Origin: Candidatus Thioglobus sp. | GTDB taxonomy: Bacteria > Pseudomonadota > Gammaproteobacteria > PS1 > Pseudothioglobaceae | Assembly (NCBI RefSeq): GCF_018644675.1 | Contig: NZ_JABGQC010000001.1 | Strand: one strand, 5' to 3' | DNA: 64,000 nucleotides | In this document: positions 9,562 to 19,544 of the stretch, piece after piece | Layout of the letters: each line of letters starts with the position of its first letter | Position numbering within the stretch: position 1 is the first letter of the stretch | The notes under the pieces: generated by a model | What the model was told of the DNA's origin: nothing | The model's input: the letters and a program-made list of their open reading frames with translations, nothing else | Databases searched by the model: none | Program-made: the position numbers and the translations under genes

Positions 9562-12500
9562 ATGAGTCATTTTTTGGATAGACTTAAATATCTTAGTCGT
9601 ACAAAATCAACCTTTTCTAAGGGGCATGGCATTGTTACGGGTGAGGATCGAGCATGGGAGGATACTTACCGTAATCGCTGGCGTCATGACAAGGTAGTTC
9701 GCTCTACACATGGTGTTAACTGTACGGGTGGTTGTTCGTGGCAAATTTTTGTAAAAAATGGCTTGGTATCTTATGAGATGCAGCAAACTGATTATCCGCG
9801 TACTCGTGAAGATCTTCCAAATCATGAGCCTCGTGGTTGTCAGCGTGGCGCTTCTTTTTCTTGGTACTTATACTCTCCGCACCGTATTAAATATCCACTT
9901 ATTCGTGGCCGTCTACTAGATTTATATCGCAGTGAAAAAGCCAGCGGAAAAGATCCGGTTGAGGCATGGGAAGCGATCCAAGCTGATAAAGCCAAGCGTG
10001 ATTCTTACGTTGGTGTACGTGGCCTAGGTGGTTTTGTTCGCTCAACTTGGGAAGAGGTTGTCGAAATGACTGCTGCTGCCAATGTTTACACTATTAAAAA
10101 ATATGGCCCTGACCGTATTTATGGCTTCTCTCCAATTCCTGCCATGAGTATGATTTCATACGCAGCAGGATCACGATACTTATCAATGATTGGTGCAGGT
10201 GTGGGTTCGTTCTACGACTGGTACTGTGACTTACCACCTGCTTCTCCACAGGTTTGGGGTGAGCAAACAGACGTGCCTGAGTCAGCGGATTGGTATAACT
10301 CTAAATATATTATTATTTGTGGTGCAAACCTACCAATGACACGTACACCAGATGCGCACTTTATGACTGAGTCGCGTTATAACGGTACGAAAATTATTTC
10401 AATGGCGCCAGATTATGCAGAATACGTTAAATTTGCAGATTTATGGATGCCAGTACAGCAAGGTACAGATGCAGCGGCCTTTATGGCTATGGGTCATGTG
10501 GCACTTAAAGAGTTCCATGTAGACAAGCAAGATCCTTACTTTGCTGAATATGCAAGAAGCTTTACTGACTTCCCAATGCAAGTTATTTTAGAAGAGGTAG
10601 ATGGTAAGACGGTAACTGGTCGATTCCTTCGAGCTTCTGACTTTGATAAGAATATGGGTGAAGATAACAACCCTGAGTGGAAGACTGTTGTATTCGACTC
10701 TAAATCAAACACCTTTGTTTCTCCAAATGGATCGATTGGTTACCGTTGGGGTGAAGAAGGAAAATGGAATATTTTAGAGCAGGCTGCAGGCAAGGATATT
10801 GTGCAAGAGCTTAGCTGTATTGATAATTCTGATGCTGTTGTAGATGTAACTTTCCCACACTTTAATCCTGAAGAGGGCGATTCTTTAGTTCGTAAGATCC
10901 CAGCACGCAAGCTAACACTTGTTGATGGTAAAGAAGTTTTGGTGACATCAGTTTGTGATTTGCAAATTGCACAGTACGGTATTGATCGTGGCTTAGGTGA
11001 TAATCTAGCAACATCTTATGATGATGAAACAGTTCCTTACACACCAGCATGGGCTGCCAAAATTACTGGCGTACCAGCAGCTGATTTAGAAAAAACAGGT
11101 CGTGAATTTGCTGACAACGCTTCTAAGACCCGTGGCAAGTCAATGGTTATTCTGGGTGCCGCAATTAACCATTGGTACCACAATGATATGAACTATCGCG
11201 GTATTATGAACCTACTACACATGTGTGGTTGTGTGGGTCAATCAGGCGGTGGTTGGGCTCACTATGTAGGGCAAGAAAAATTACGCCCTCAAGCGGGTTG
11301 GGCGCCAATTGCCTTTGGACTAGATTGGCAGCGTCCACCACGTCACATGGCGTCAACAACTTACTGGTATTTCCATACAGATCAATGGCGCTACGAGCGT
11401 GTTGAGGCAGATGATTTATTAGCCTCAACAGCGAAAGCTAAGTATCGCGGCAATCAGTTAGCTGATTACAACGTTGCAGCGCAACGTATGGGTTGGACGC
11501 CATCGATTCCTCAATTTGATCAAAACCCGATTGAGCTGGCTAAAGAAGCTGAAGATGCAGGCGCTACTGATGAAGCGGCAGTATCTGATTATGTTGCTAA
11601 TAAACTGAAAAGTGGCGATCTTAACTTTGCTTATGAAGATATTGATGCAGAAGATAACTTCCCGCGTAACTTATTCGTATGGCGTGCCAACTTAATTGGT
11701 TCATCGTCTAAAGGACATGAGTACTTCTTGAAACATCTACTTGGTGCACAAAATGGTGTATTAAGTGAAGGTACAGAAGGCGAGGCTTGCAAGGAAATTA
11801 AATGGCATGAAAAATCTCCAGTAGGAAAGCTTGATCTAATGGTTGATATTAACTTCCGCCTAAATTCAACAGGTGCTTATTCTGACATTGTATTGCCAAC
11901 AGCAACATGGTATGAAAAAGCTGACCTTAATACAACAGATATGCATCCATTTATTCATCCATTGGGTAAAGCGGTTGACCCTGCTTGGGAAGCTAAGTCT
12001 GATTGGCAGATTTTTAAGACGATTGCCAAGAAGTTCTCAGAGCTTTCTGAAAAGCACTTGGGCACCGTTAAGGATGTAGTTTCACTACCGATGCAACACG
12101 ATACGCCAATGGCAATGGCACAGCCATTTGGTGAGGTTAAAGATTGGAAGAAGGGTGAGTGTGATCTTATCCCTGGTAAGACGGCACCAATCTTTAAAGT
12201 AGTTGAAAGAGACTACCCAAGTACTTATGCCAAATATATTGCACTAGGCCCTCTCATGAAGAAGATTGGTAACAATATTAAGGGTATTGATTGGAATACA
12301 GATCATGAAGTAGATGAGCTTGCAGTGTTAAACGGTACCATTAAAGAAGAAGGTGTTTCTAAAGGTATGCCATCACTTGCTGAAGACATTCATGTGTGTG
12401 ATGCAGTAATGCGCATGGCACCTGAAACCAACGGTGAGGTTGCGCATAAATCATGGTCTGGTCAGTCTAAGAAAACTGGTATTGATCACTCACACCTGTA

Positions 12501-13305
12501 CAGAGGTCGTCGCGATGAGAAAATTACTTACCGTGACATTGTTTCACAACCACGTAAGATTATTACCGCACCTACATGGTCGGGTATTGAGTCTGAAGAA
12601 GTGAGTTATAACGCTTGTTACACCAACTTGCATGAGCATATCCCTTTAAGAACGCTAACGGGTAGAGCTCAGTTCTACCAAGATCACGAATGGATGTTAG
12701 ACTTTGGTGAAGGGTTCTGTGCTTACAAACCTGCAATAGATTTAAAGGCGCATAATAACTTACCAGACACGGTGAAAAATAAGCCACACTTAATACTTAA
12801 CTGGATTACTCCACACTCCAAGTGGGGTATCCACTCAACCTATCAAGATAACTTGAGAATGTTAACTTTATTCCGTGGCGGTCCATATTTCTGGATCTCT
12901 GAGGAAGATGCAAAATCAATTGGTCTTGAGGATAACGATTGGGTTGAAGCGGTTAATGATAACGGTGCAACAACAGCAAGAGTTGTGGTTTCTCAAAGAG
13001 TGCCAAATGGTATGGCATTGATGTATCACGCTCAAGAAAAAAATGTGAATGTTATTGGTTCTCCAACTACAGGAAAACGTGGCGGTATTTTGAATGCGGT
13101 AACCAGAACCGTACCTAAGCCAACGCATATGATTGGTGGTTATGCACAGTTGTCTTACTCATTTAACTATTACGGCACAGTGGGATCAAATCGTGATGAG
13201 TATGTTATTGTTCATAAGATTGAAGATCAAGATGTGGATTGGCTAGAAAGGCCGTTAACCCCTGAAAGGGAGGCTCAAAAGAACCCTCCAGGCATTAACA
13301 ATTAA
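9562..13305 (+). CDS. narG: Respiratory nitrate reductase alpha subunit
   Basis: 1247 aa. N-terminal FS0 motif HGVNCTGGCSW and molybdopterin oxidoreductase domains. Followed by narHJI. Confidence 0.97.
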   Translation: MSHFLDRLKYLSRTKSTFSKGHGIVTGEDRAWEDTYRNRWRHDKVVRSTHGVNCTGGCSWQIFVKNGLVSYEMQQTDYPRTREDLPNHEPRGCQRGASFSWYLYSPHRIKYPLIRGRLLDLYRSEKASGKDPVEAWEAIQADKAKRDSYVGVRGLGGFVRSTWEEVVEMTAAANVYTIKKYGPDRIYGFSPIPAMSMISYAAGSRYLSMIGAGVGSFYDWYCDLPPASPQVWGEQTDVPESADWYNSKYIIICGANLPMTRTPDAHFMTESRYNGTKIISMAPDYAEYVKFADLWMPVQQGTDAAAFMAMGHVALKEFHVDKQDPYFAEYARSFTDFPMQVILEEVDGKTVTGRFLRASDFDKNMGEDNNPEWKTVVFDSKSNTFVSPNGSIGYRWGEEGKWNILEQAAGKDIVQELSCIDNSDAVVDVTFPHFNPEEGDSLVRKIPARKLTLVDGKEVLVTSVCDLQIAQYGIDRGLGDNLATSYDDETVPYTPAWAAKITGVPAADLEKTGREFADNASKTRGKSMVILGAAINHWYHNDMNYRGIMNLLHMCGCVGQSGGGWAHYVGQEKLRPQAGWAPIAFGLDWQRPPRHMASTTYWYFHTDQWRYERVEADDLLASTAKAKYRGNQLADYNVAAQRMGWTPSIPQFDQNPIELAKEAEDAGATDEAAVSDYVANKLKSGDLNFAYEDIDAEDNFPRNLFVWRANLIGSSSKGHEYFLKHLLGAQNGVLSEGTEGEACKEIKWHEKSPVGKLDLMVDINFRLNSTGAYSDIVLPTATWYEKADLNTTDMHPFIHPLGKAVDPAWEAKSDWQIFKTIAKKFSELSEKHLGTVKDVVSLPMQHDTPMAMAQPFGEVKDWKKGECDLIPGKTAPIFKVVERDYPSTYAKYIALGPLMKKIGNNIKGIDWNTDHEVDELAVLNGTIKEEGVSKGMPSLAEDIHVCDAVMRMAPETNGEVAHKSWSGQSKKTGIDHSHLYRGRRDEKITYRDIVSQPRKIITAPTWSGIESEEVSYNACYTNLHEHIPLRTLTGRAQFYQDHEWMLDFGEGFCAYKPAIDLKAHNNLPDTVKNKPHLILNWITPHSKWGIHSTYQDNLRMLTLFRGGPYFWISEEDAKSIGLEDNDWVEAVNDNGATTARVVVSQRVPNGMALMYHAQEKNVNVIGSPTTGKRGGILNAVTRTVPKPTHMIGGYAQLSYSFNYYGTVGSNRDEYVIVHKIEDQDVDWLERPLTPEREAQKNPPGINN

Positions 13306-13325
13306 TAGGACTAGGAGAAGAAGAG

Positions 13326-14876
13326 ATGAAAATAAGAGCACAAATTTCAATGGTACTGAACCTAGACAAATGTATTGGTTGTCACACTTGTTCGGTAACT
13401 TGTAAAAATATTTGGACTAACCGAAAGGGTGTTGAATACGCCTGGTTTAACAATGTTGAATCTAAGCCTGGTATTGGCTTTCCTAAAAATTGGGAAGATC
13501 AAACTAAATGGAAAGGTGGCTGGAAAGTTGTTAAGGGTAAGTTAGAGTTAAACGCAGGTGGACGCATGAGCAAGCTCATGAATATATTTGCTAATCCTGA
13601 CATGCCTGAGATTGATGATTACTACGAGCCGTTTGATTATAAATATCATAAGCTTCAATCATCACCTTTGTCAGAAGCAACACCAACAGCACGCCCTGTA
13701 TCGCAGATTACTGGTAAGGATATGGATAAGATTGAGTGGGGTCCAAACTGGGAAGATGATCTTGCTGGTGAGTTTGAAAAGCGATCTAAAGATGTTAACT
13801 TTAAAAATGTTGATAAAGAGATGTACAAAGATTTTGAGAATACATTCCATATGTATCTTCCTCGTCTGTGTAATCATTGTCTTAATCCGGCGTGTGCAGC
13901 TTCGTGCCCATCTGGCGCTATCTATAAGCGTGAAGAGGATGGCATTGTATTAGTTGATCAAGATAAGTGTCGTGGTTGGAGAATGTGTGTAACAGGCTGT
14001 CCATATAAGAAAGTTTATTATAACTGGGAATCAGGAAAATCTGAAAAGTGTATTGGTTGTTACCCACGTATTGAATCTGGCTTGCCAATGGCTTGTGCAG
14101 AGTCGTGTGTTGGCCGAATCCGTTATGTTGGCGTTATGCTTTATGATGCAGACAAAATCGGTGGCACAGCAGCAACGCCAAATGAGACAGACTTATATCA
14201 AGAGCATTTAGATGTATTCATGGATCCTAATGATCCTGAAGTTATCAAACAAGCTTTGGCAGATGGTGTACCTCAGTCATGGATTGATGCAGCTCAGAAA
14301 TCACCAGTTTACAAAATGGTGATGGATTGGAAGATTGCCTTCCCAATTCACCCTGAATACAGAACCTTGCCAATGATGTGGTATGTACCCCCATTGTCTC
14401 CGGTTCAAAGTCAAATCGATAAAGGTAATGTTGAAACGTCAAATGGCATTATTCCAACCGTTGATGCAATGAGATTCCCAGCTAAGTATTTGGCAAATAT
14501 GTTTACCGCAGGTGATGAAAAACCTATTATGGGTTCAATGAGTAAGCTGTTAGCAATGCGAGCTCATCAGCGCTTCAAAGCAGTTGATGGCACAGACGGC
14601 AAGGAAGTGTTAGCTGATGCTGGTTTGAGTGTTGAGCAAGCAGAAGAAATGTATCAGATGCTTGGTATTGCAAACTATGAAGATCGTTTTGTTATTCCAA
14701 CATCTCATGAAGAAATGCGTCATGAAGATCCGTATGGATTCCAAGGTCAGAATGGTTTCTCAGGTGGTAATGCTAGTTCTCATGGTCCAGATGGTGGCAC
14801 AGGATTTAGCTTGTTCCCATCAACACGTAAGAAGTCATTTATTCCAGTAGAAAATATGCCTAGGCATAAAGGTTAA
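13326..14876 (+). CDS. narH: Respiratory nitrate reductase beta subunit
   Basis: 516 aa. Ferredoxin-type Cys clusters CIGCHTCSVTC, CNHCLNPACAASCP, CRGWRMCVTGCP and CIGCYPR. Confidence 0.97.
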   Translation: MKIRAQISMVLNLDKCIGCHTCSVTCKNIWTNRKGVEYAWFNNVESKPGIGFPKNWEDQTKWKGGWKVVKGKLELNAGGRMSKLMNIFANPDMPEIDDYYEPFDYKYHKLQSSPLSEATPTARPVSQITGKDMDKIEWGPNWEDDLAGEFEKRSKDVNFKNVDKEMYKDFENTFHMYLPRLCNHCLNPACAASCPSGAIYKREEDGIVLVDQDKCRGWRMCVTGCPYKKVYYNWESGKSEKCIGCYPRIESGLPMACAESCVGRIRYVGVMLYDADKIGGTAATPNETDLYQEHLDVFMDPNDPEVIKQALADGVPQSWIDAAQKSPVYKMVMDWKIAFPIHPEYRTLPMMWYVPPLSPVQSQIDKGNVETSNGIIPTVDAMRFPAKYLANMFTAGDEKPIMGSMSKLLAMRAHQRFKAVDGTDGKEVLADAGLSVEQAEEMYQMLGIANYEDRFVIPTSHEEMRHEDPYGFQGQNGFSGGNASSHGPDGGTGFSLFPSTRKKSFIPVENMPRHKG

Positions 14877-14887
14877 GGAGAATTAAC

Positions 14888-15403
14888 ATGCAAATATTTA
14901 AGGTTTTATCAAAACTAATTGATTACCCAGATAAAGAGTTAATGGAGAATCTAGATTCAGTTATTGAATTTGTTAAAGATTCGTCAGAAATTGATGACAG
15001 TGAAAAGACAGCCATTATGGAGTTTATCTCTTGGATGGGTGTGCACACAGCAACTGGCATGCAACAAACCTATGTTGAAACATTTGACATGGTGCCAGAG
15101 CATGATCTACATCTAACGCACCATATTTTTGGTGACGACAATAGTCGTGGACCTGCTTTGATTGATTTATCTGAGCACTATAAAGGCGAAGGTTTGGAAG
15201 TGAATGATGGTGAAATTCCAGACTTCCTGCCTTTAATTTTAGAATATGTATCAACCCTAAGTGAGATGGAGTCACGTGTATTTTTGGGCGATGCCAAGAA
15301 AGTGATTAAAGTGATAGCGGACAATTTAGATGAGGCGGAAAGTCCTTATTCAAAATTGATTAGAATTATTGAAAAGCGCAGCTATTTAGCTGAAGCAGCA
15401 TAA
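14888..15403 (+). CDS. narJ: Nitrate reductase molybdenum cofactor assembly chaperone
   Basis: 171 aa acidic protein in the canonical slot between narH and narI. NarJ/TorD-like size and composition. Confidence 0.85.
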   Translation: MQIFKVLSKLIDYPDKELMENLDSVIEFVKDSSEIDDSEKTAIMEFISWMGVHTATGMQQTYVETFDMVPEHDLHLTHHIFGDDNSRGPALIDLSEHYKGEGLEVNDGEIPDFLPLILEYVSTLSEMESRVFLGDAKKVIKVIADNLDEAESPYSKLIRIIEKRSYLAEAA

Positions 15404-15414
15404 GGAGAAATGAC

Positions 15415-16110
15415 ATGAGTTTAGACAACTTTTTATTTGGAGTTTATCCATATATTGCCGGCGTGGTTTTTATTCTAGGCAGTTGGATTCGTTTTGATCG
15501 AGAGCAATATACCTGGAAAGCTGATTCATCGCAGTTGTTAGGCAACAAAGGCATGGTGTTAGCAAGTAATTTGTTCCATGTGGGTATTTTGGGAATTTTC
15601 TTCGGACATGCAGCAGGTATGTTGTTGCCACATAGCTGGTGGCAGTTAGTAGCAACTGATGTTCAGCATCAGTATATAGCTATTTATGCAGGCATGGTGT
15701 TTGGTGGCATGGCAGCGATTGGTGCGGCGCTACTTTTCTATCGTCGCATGACAAATGATAGAGTTAAGGCGGTGAGCCGTTTTCGAGATAATTTTGTGAT
15801 TTTTTGGCTATTGGCGACAGCAATGTTAGGTCTAAATACAATCTTTGGCTCACTACATCATGCTGAATCTGGAGATGTATCAACTATGTTAGTTCTGGCT
15901 GAATATGTTAAGAGTATTGCTACATTGAGTGTTGACCCAACATTACTAACAGGCGTTTCACATACCTATAAGTTGCATATGTTATTTGGTATGACACTGT
16001 TCTTGATATTTCCATTTACACGTTTAGTGCATGTTTGGTCTGTTCCGTTAACTTATCTCATGCGCCCATATCAAATTGTTAGAAGAAAGAATATTAAGAC
16101 ACACCTATAG
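15415..16110 (+). CDS. narI: Respiratory nitrate reductase gamma subunit (cytochrome b)
   Basis: 231 aa with five hydrophobic helices. Conserved His residues in helices 2 and 5 (FHVGILGIFFGH, KLHMLFG). Confidence 0.9.
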   Translation: MSLDNFLFGVYPYIAGVVFILGSWIRFDREQYTWKADSSQLLGNKGMVLASNLFHVGILGIFFGHAAGMLLPHSWWQLVATDVQHQYIAIYAGMVFGGMAAIGAALLFYRRMTNDRVKAVSRFRDNFVIFWLLATAMLGLNTIFGSLHHAESGDVSTMLVLAEYVKSIATLSVDPTLLTGVSHTYKLHMLFGMTLFLIFPFTRLVHVWSVPLTYLMRPYQIVRRKNIKTHL

Positions 16111-16121
16111 GAGGATTGTAA

Positions 16122-16307
16122 ATGCTTTATTTTGAAAGTGTCAAGAAGATGGAAATTATGGGTGTGAATGATAATTACATTCAAGGTTGGGTTGCAGGCT
16201 ATTTGCACAATCCAGAAATAGAGGAACAAAGAATAACTGCAGAATATGAGGCTGGCTACAAGGATGGCAAAGATAAGATTGACACTAATTTTGAAAATTT
16301 TTGCTAG
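16122..16307 (+). CDS. Hypothetical 61-aa protein, apparently co-transcribed with narGHJI
   Basis: Strong AGGAGG RBS overlaps the narI stop and the ATG is 6 nt downstream of it. No recognisable family. Confidence 0.45.
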   Translation: MLYFESVKKMEIMGVNDNYIQGWVAGYLHNPEIEEQRITAEYEAGYKDGKDKIDTNFENFC

Positions 16308-16364
16308 TCATAATTGATCTGAAAGTGGTTATATACTTTTAGTAAAAAAGGAGTTTAAATTAAG

Positions 16365-16700
16365 ATGATGATTAATAATCGAGACATAGAATTAGACCCG
16401 GAAGGCTACCTGATTCATCCTGAAGACTGGGATCATGACGTGGCTAATGAGCTTGCTAATTCTGAAAATATCGAGCTAGCAGATGACTACTGGACGGTAT
16501 TTGATTTTATGCGCAAGTTCTATGATGAAAATGGCGTTGCGCCTGATGTGCGTCATACAACAAAGCAAATGGTTGTTGATTTTGGTGTTGACAAAAAAGC
16601 TGCAAAAGCAAAATTGTTTACCATGTTCCCATACGGCTATGTCAAGCAGGCTTGCAAAGTTTCGGGTATGAAGCGCCCAAGAGGCTGGAGTACTGGGTAA
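16365..16700 (+). CDS. DsrC/TusE-family protein lacking the penultimate catalytic Cys
   Basis: 111 aa. EGYL, HW..F.F.R.FY and LF.MFPYG..KQACK motifs of DsrC/TusE are present. The C-terminus is ...KQACKVSGMKRPRGWSTG instead of ...KQACRFAGLPKPTGCV. Confidence 0.8.
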   Translation: MMINNRDIELDPEGYLIHPEDWDHDVANELANSENIELADDYWTVFDFMRKFYDENGVAPDVRHTTKQMVVDFGVDKKAAKAKLFTMFPYGYVKQACKVSGMKRPRGWSTG

Positions 16701-16711
16701 TCTTTTCAACC

Positions 16712-16897
16712 ATGAAATTATTTTTGTTTAAATTTTCTTGGGCGTTCTTTTGGTTGTTTTTTGGGCTAATGATCGCTCAATCTAGTCAAATATTTGAGCC
16801 GGTTTGGATTGCACTAATTATGTTATTAACGCTGTTAGTGGCAGATGCTCTAAAGTTGACTGTTAGAAAAATTAAGGCCCATCTTATTAGCACTTAA
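16712..16897 (+). CDS. Possible small two-helix membrane protein
   Basis: Internal ATG of track ORF 16652..16897. Sequence MKLFLFKFSWAFFWLFFGLMIAQ... is hydrophobic. No RBS. Confidence 0.25.
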   Translation: MKLFLFKFSWAFFWLFFGLMIAQSSQIFEPVWIALIMLLTLLVADALKLTVRKIKAHLIST

Positions 16898-17247
16898 AAA
16901 AGTAATAATAAGTTAGTAAATTACATGTTTCTCTCCCTGATTTTTGCAAGAGGGTATTGAACCCACCTTCTTCAAGTATGTAGTTTGCTAACTTATTGTT
17001 ATTTATTTCCAACCAGCACTATTTAATCTAGCTTGATAAAATCAAATCTATTGCGGCTATCCAAGCACAATAAAATCTAAAAATAAGTTCAATACACTGA
17101 CTCTATTTAGTTAAAGATGGTTAGATATATTCGCATTAAAAGTGGATGCTAGCGTGACTTTTTTGAAGCTTATGCAGTGTTAACTATTGAAACATTATTA
17201 CTTATAAAAAATTATGCAACCTAATCTCTATTGAGTTTATTTAGCTA

Positions 17248-17277
17248 TTGTCAGCTGGGTGGGCGTCGGTATATAAT
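17248..17277 (+). promoter_or_regulatory. Sigma70-type promoter TTGTCA-N18-TATAAT ahead of the HPP gene
   Basis: Read directly. A 9-bp 5'-UTR hairpin GCAACTTTA/TAAAGTTGC follows at 17283-17312. Confidence 0.45.
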
Positions 17278-17359
17278 GGCAAGCAACTTTATTGTTTAGA
17301 CAGTAAAGTTGCACGCATAAATTCTATACTGGGCAGTTGATAAAAAAGGGGAGAGGCTA

Positions 17360-17842
17360 ATTAATCATAAAGAGTTATTCATATCTATAATTGGTGCATT
17401 TATTGCGGTAGCCATGGCGGGTTTTTTTACCAATGTTATTCTTTCTAGTACAGACTCTCCATTAATTATTGCCTCAGCTGGTGCTTCGGCCATGCTTATG
17501 TTTGGCCTTCCACATTCTGATGTTTCTCACCCTTATAACCTAATTGCCGGACATACTGTTTCAGCTGTTGTGGGTGTTAGTTGTTATTATTTGGTTAGCG
17601 ATCCTATAATTTCAAGCTCTTTGGCTATTTCCTTGGCATTATTAATAATGAGTTTGCTCAAATGCATGCATCCACCAGGTGGTGCAACTGCGGTTATTGC
17701 GGTTGTTGGTGGCGAGGCGATTCATCAACTAGGTTATATGTTTGTTGTTATGCCAATTTTTCTAAATTCTTTGATGTTATTGGTGGTGGCAATTGCCGTT
17801 GCAAGCTTTAGAGATAAAAATCCATTTGAGAATTATTTATAA
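17360..17842 (+). CDS. HPP-family membrane protein (putative nitrite transporter), probably starting at a non-canonical ATT
   Basis: MHPPGGATA signature. The frame is open back to 17321. A strong SD GGGGAGAGG at 17348-17356 is followed by an in-frame ATT at 17360. The track start ATG 17414 has no RBS and would remove part of the first helix. Confidence 0.7.
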   Translation: MNHKELFISIIGAFIAVAMAGFFTNVILSSTDSPLIIASAGASAMLMFGLPHSDVSHPYNLIAGHTVSAVVGVSCYYLVSDPIISSSLAISLALLIMSLLKCMHPPGGATAVIAVVGGEAIHQLGYMFVVMPIFLNSLMLLVVAIAVASFRDKNPFENYL

Positions 17843-17846
17843 GTTT

Positions 17847-18083
17847 TTATCCACCAGTGACAGGCGGATAAAAAGCCACTTCATCTGCTGAGTTAATAAC
17901 AAGATCGTCATGGGCGATTTCTTGATTCACAGCGCAGAGGATATTATCAGGAAAGAAATGCTCGCTATATTTGTCAGCTAGGAGTGTTTTAAGCTGTTTA
18001 ACTGTTGTATTATCTGCTAGTTCGATATTCTCACTTGAAGTTTTAAGGTTTTCTTTAAGTGAGGCAAAGTAAAGTATGTTCAT
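17847..18083 (-). CDS. moaD: Molybdopterin synthase sulfur carrier subunit
   Basis: 78 aa with a ubiquitin-like fold and C-terminal ...PPVTGG. Confidence 0.85.
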   Translation of the reverse strand: MNILYFASLKENLKTSSENIELADNTTVKQLKTLLADKYSEHFFPDNILCAVNQEIAHDDLVINSADEVAFYPPVTGG

Positions 18084-19081
18084 CCGCCAATCTCCACCAT
18101 TTGTCTATTGCTAATATTGTCAATAGCCGTATTAAACTCGTGTTTTTCGGGTTTTTTATTGATCGCTGTAATAATCATCGTTTTTATCTTATCATCGCTT
18201 AAATCAGAACGTACTGCGTCCTTTAAAGAGATAGAGTCTTCTTGTCCTAGGCACAGGATAAGATCGCCTTTGGCGGTGAGTCTAACGCGGTTGCAGGTTT
18301 GGCAAAAATGATTAGAAACAGCGCTAATCACGCCAACTGTTGAATTGGTGTTGCTAATCTTGTAATTACTAGCAGGACCATCAGTTTTTTTAGGGGTGAT
18401 GGGGGTTAATCGACCTTCAAGGTGTTGATTAATTCTGGATAGAATCTCTTGTTCACTCATGTATTGAGATTGTGATTCAATTCCAGCTGCACCAATTGGC
18501 ATAGCTTCTATAAAACGAATATCTATTCCTTTGTCAATTGCAAAATCAATTAATGACTCTATCTCGTCATCATTAACCCCTCTCATGGCAACTGCATTAA
18601 TCTTAATCGGACTCATTCCCGCAGCAATGGCAGCATCAATACCTTTGATTACTTCGGCCACATCTCCACCACGAGTAATCTCTTTAAAGCGTTCAGGAAT
18701 CAACGAATCAATAGAGATGTTGGTTCTATTAATGCCATTTTCATGTAATTTTCCTGCAAATTTCTCAAGTAGCTGGGCATTGGTTGAAAGGGGTACATCG
18801 GTGATGCCAGGGGTTGAGCTGATTAATTTGGCAATTTTTACAATGCCGCGTCGCAACAATGGTTCGCCACCCGTTAGACGAACTTTAGTAACCCCCATTT
18901 CAGCAAAAATCCTGACAATTCTTTGAATATCTTCATAGCTCAAGATGTCTTCGCGCTTACAATCAGGCACATGCGCATCATCACGACAATAAAAACATCT
19001 GAAATTACAGTGCTCAGTAATAGAAATACGCAGGTAATTGATTTGCCTGCCAAATTTGTCAATAAGTTTAGGCATTATCAA
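18080..19081 (-). CDS. moaA: GTP 3',8-cyclase (radical SAM)
   Basis: 333 aa. CNFRCFYC radical-SAM cluster, C-terminal CxxCxnC, and GG tail. Confidence 0.95.
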   Translation of the reverse strand: MIMPKLIDKFGRQINYLRISITEHCNFRCFYCRDDAHVPDCKREDILSYEDIQRIVRIFAEMGVTKVRLTGGEPLLRRGIVKIAKLISSTPGITDVPLSTNAQLLEKFAGKLHENGINRTNISIDSLIPERFKEITRGGDVAEVIKGIDAAIAAGMSPIKINAVAMRGVNDDEIESLIDFAIDKGIDIRFIEAMPIGAAGIESQSQYMSEQEILSRINQHLEGRLTPITPKKTDGPASNYKISNTNSTVGVISAVSNHFCQTCNRVRLTAKGDLILCLGQEDSISLKDAVRSDLSDDKIKTMIITAINKKPEKHEFNTAIDNISNRQMVEIGG

Positions 19082-19544
19082 GTGTCCAATGACCCGACTT
19101 TCCGCCTTGTTTTTCCAGTAATTGAACGTCGGTTACTTTCATAAATCGATCAACCGCTTTACACATGTCATAGATGGTTAATGCTGCAATGCTGGCGGCG
19201 GTTAAGGCTTCCATTTCAACGCCAGTTTGTGCATTAAGTTTGGCTAGAGTGGTGATCTGAATACCGTTGTCAATAAATTCAAAATCAACACTTATCTTTG
19301 AAAGGTTGAGGCTGTGACACATAGGGATTAAATGGTGGGTTTGTTTTGCCGCCATAATGCCTGCTATTCTTGCTACAGACAGGACATCGCCTTTTTTAAA
19401 GCCGTTATCTTTAATTTTTTGCAGCGTTTCTGACTTCATTAATATTTTGGCGCTGGCTTTGGCAATGCGTATTGTGTTGTCTTTATCGGAAACATCAACC
19501 ATATTGGCTTCGCCTTTGTTATTAACGTGCGTTAATTTGCTCAT
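19068..19544 (-). CDS. moaC: Cyclic pyranopterin monophosphate synthase
   Basis: 158 aa. Conserved MVDVSDK, HLIPMCH and [10 protein letters not shown] motifs. Confidence 0.95.
   Translation of the reverse strand: MSKLTHVNNKGEANMVDVSDKDNTIRIAKASAKILMKSETLQKIKDNGFKKGDVLSVARIAGIMAAKQTHHLIPMCHSLNLSKISVDFEFIDNGIQITTLAKLNAQTGVEMEALTAASIAALTIYDMCKAVDRFMKVTDVQLLEKQGGKSGHWTLDNA

Noticed and set aside
16945-16970. GAGGGTATTGAACCCACC, which resembles a tRNA T-arm (GGTTCAATACC on the minus strand) and could mark a tRNA remnant or att site.
   Set aside because: No acceptor stem, anticodon arm or CCA context can be built around it, and no integrase or repeat partner is visible.
17034-17046. TTGATAAAATCAA in the gene-free region upstream of the HPP gene, which looks like an FNR box.
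   Set aside because: The half-sites are separated by 3 nt rather than 4 (TTGAT-AAA-ATCAA), so it does not fit the 5-4-5 geometry of the other boxes. It is probably an AT-rich coincidence.
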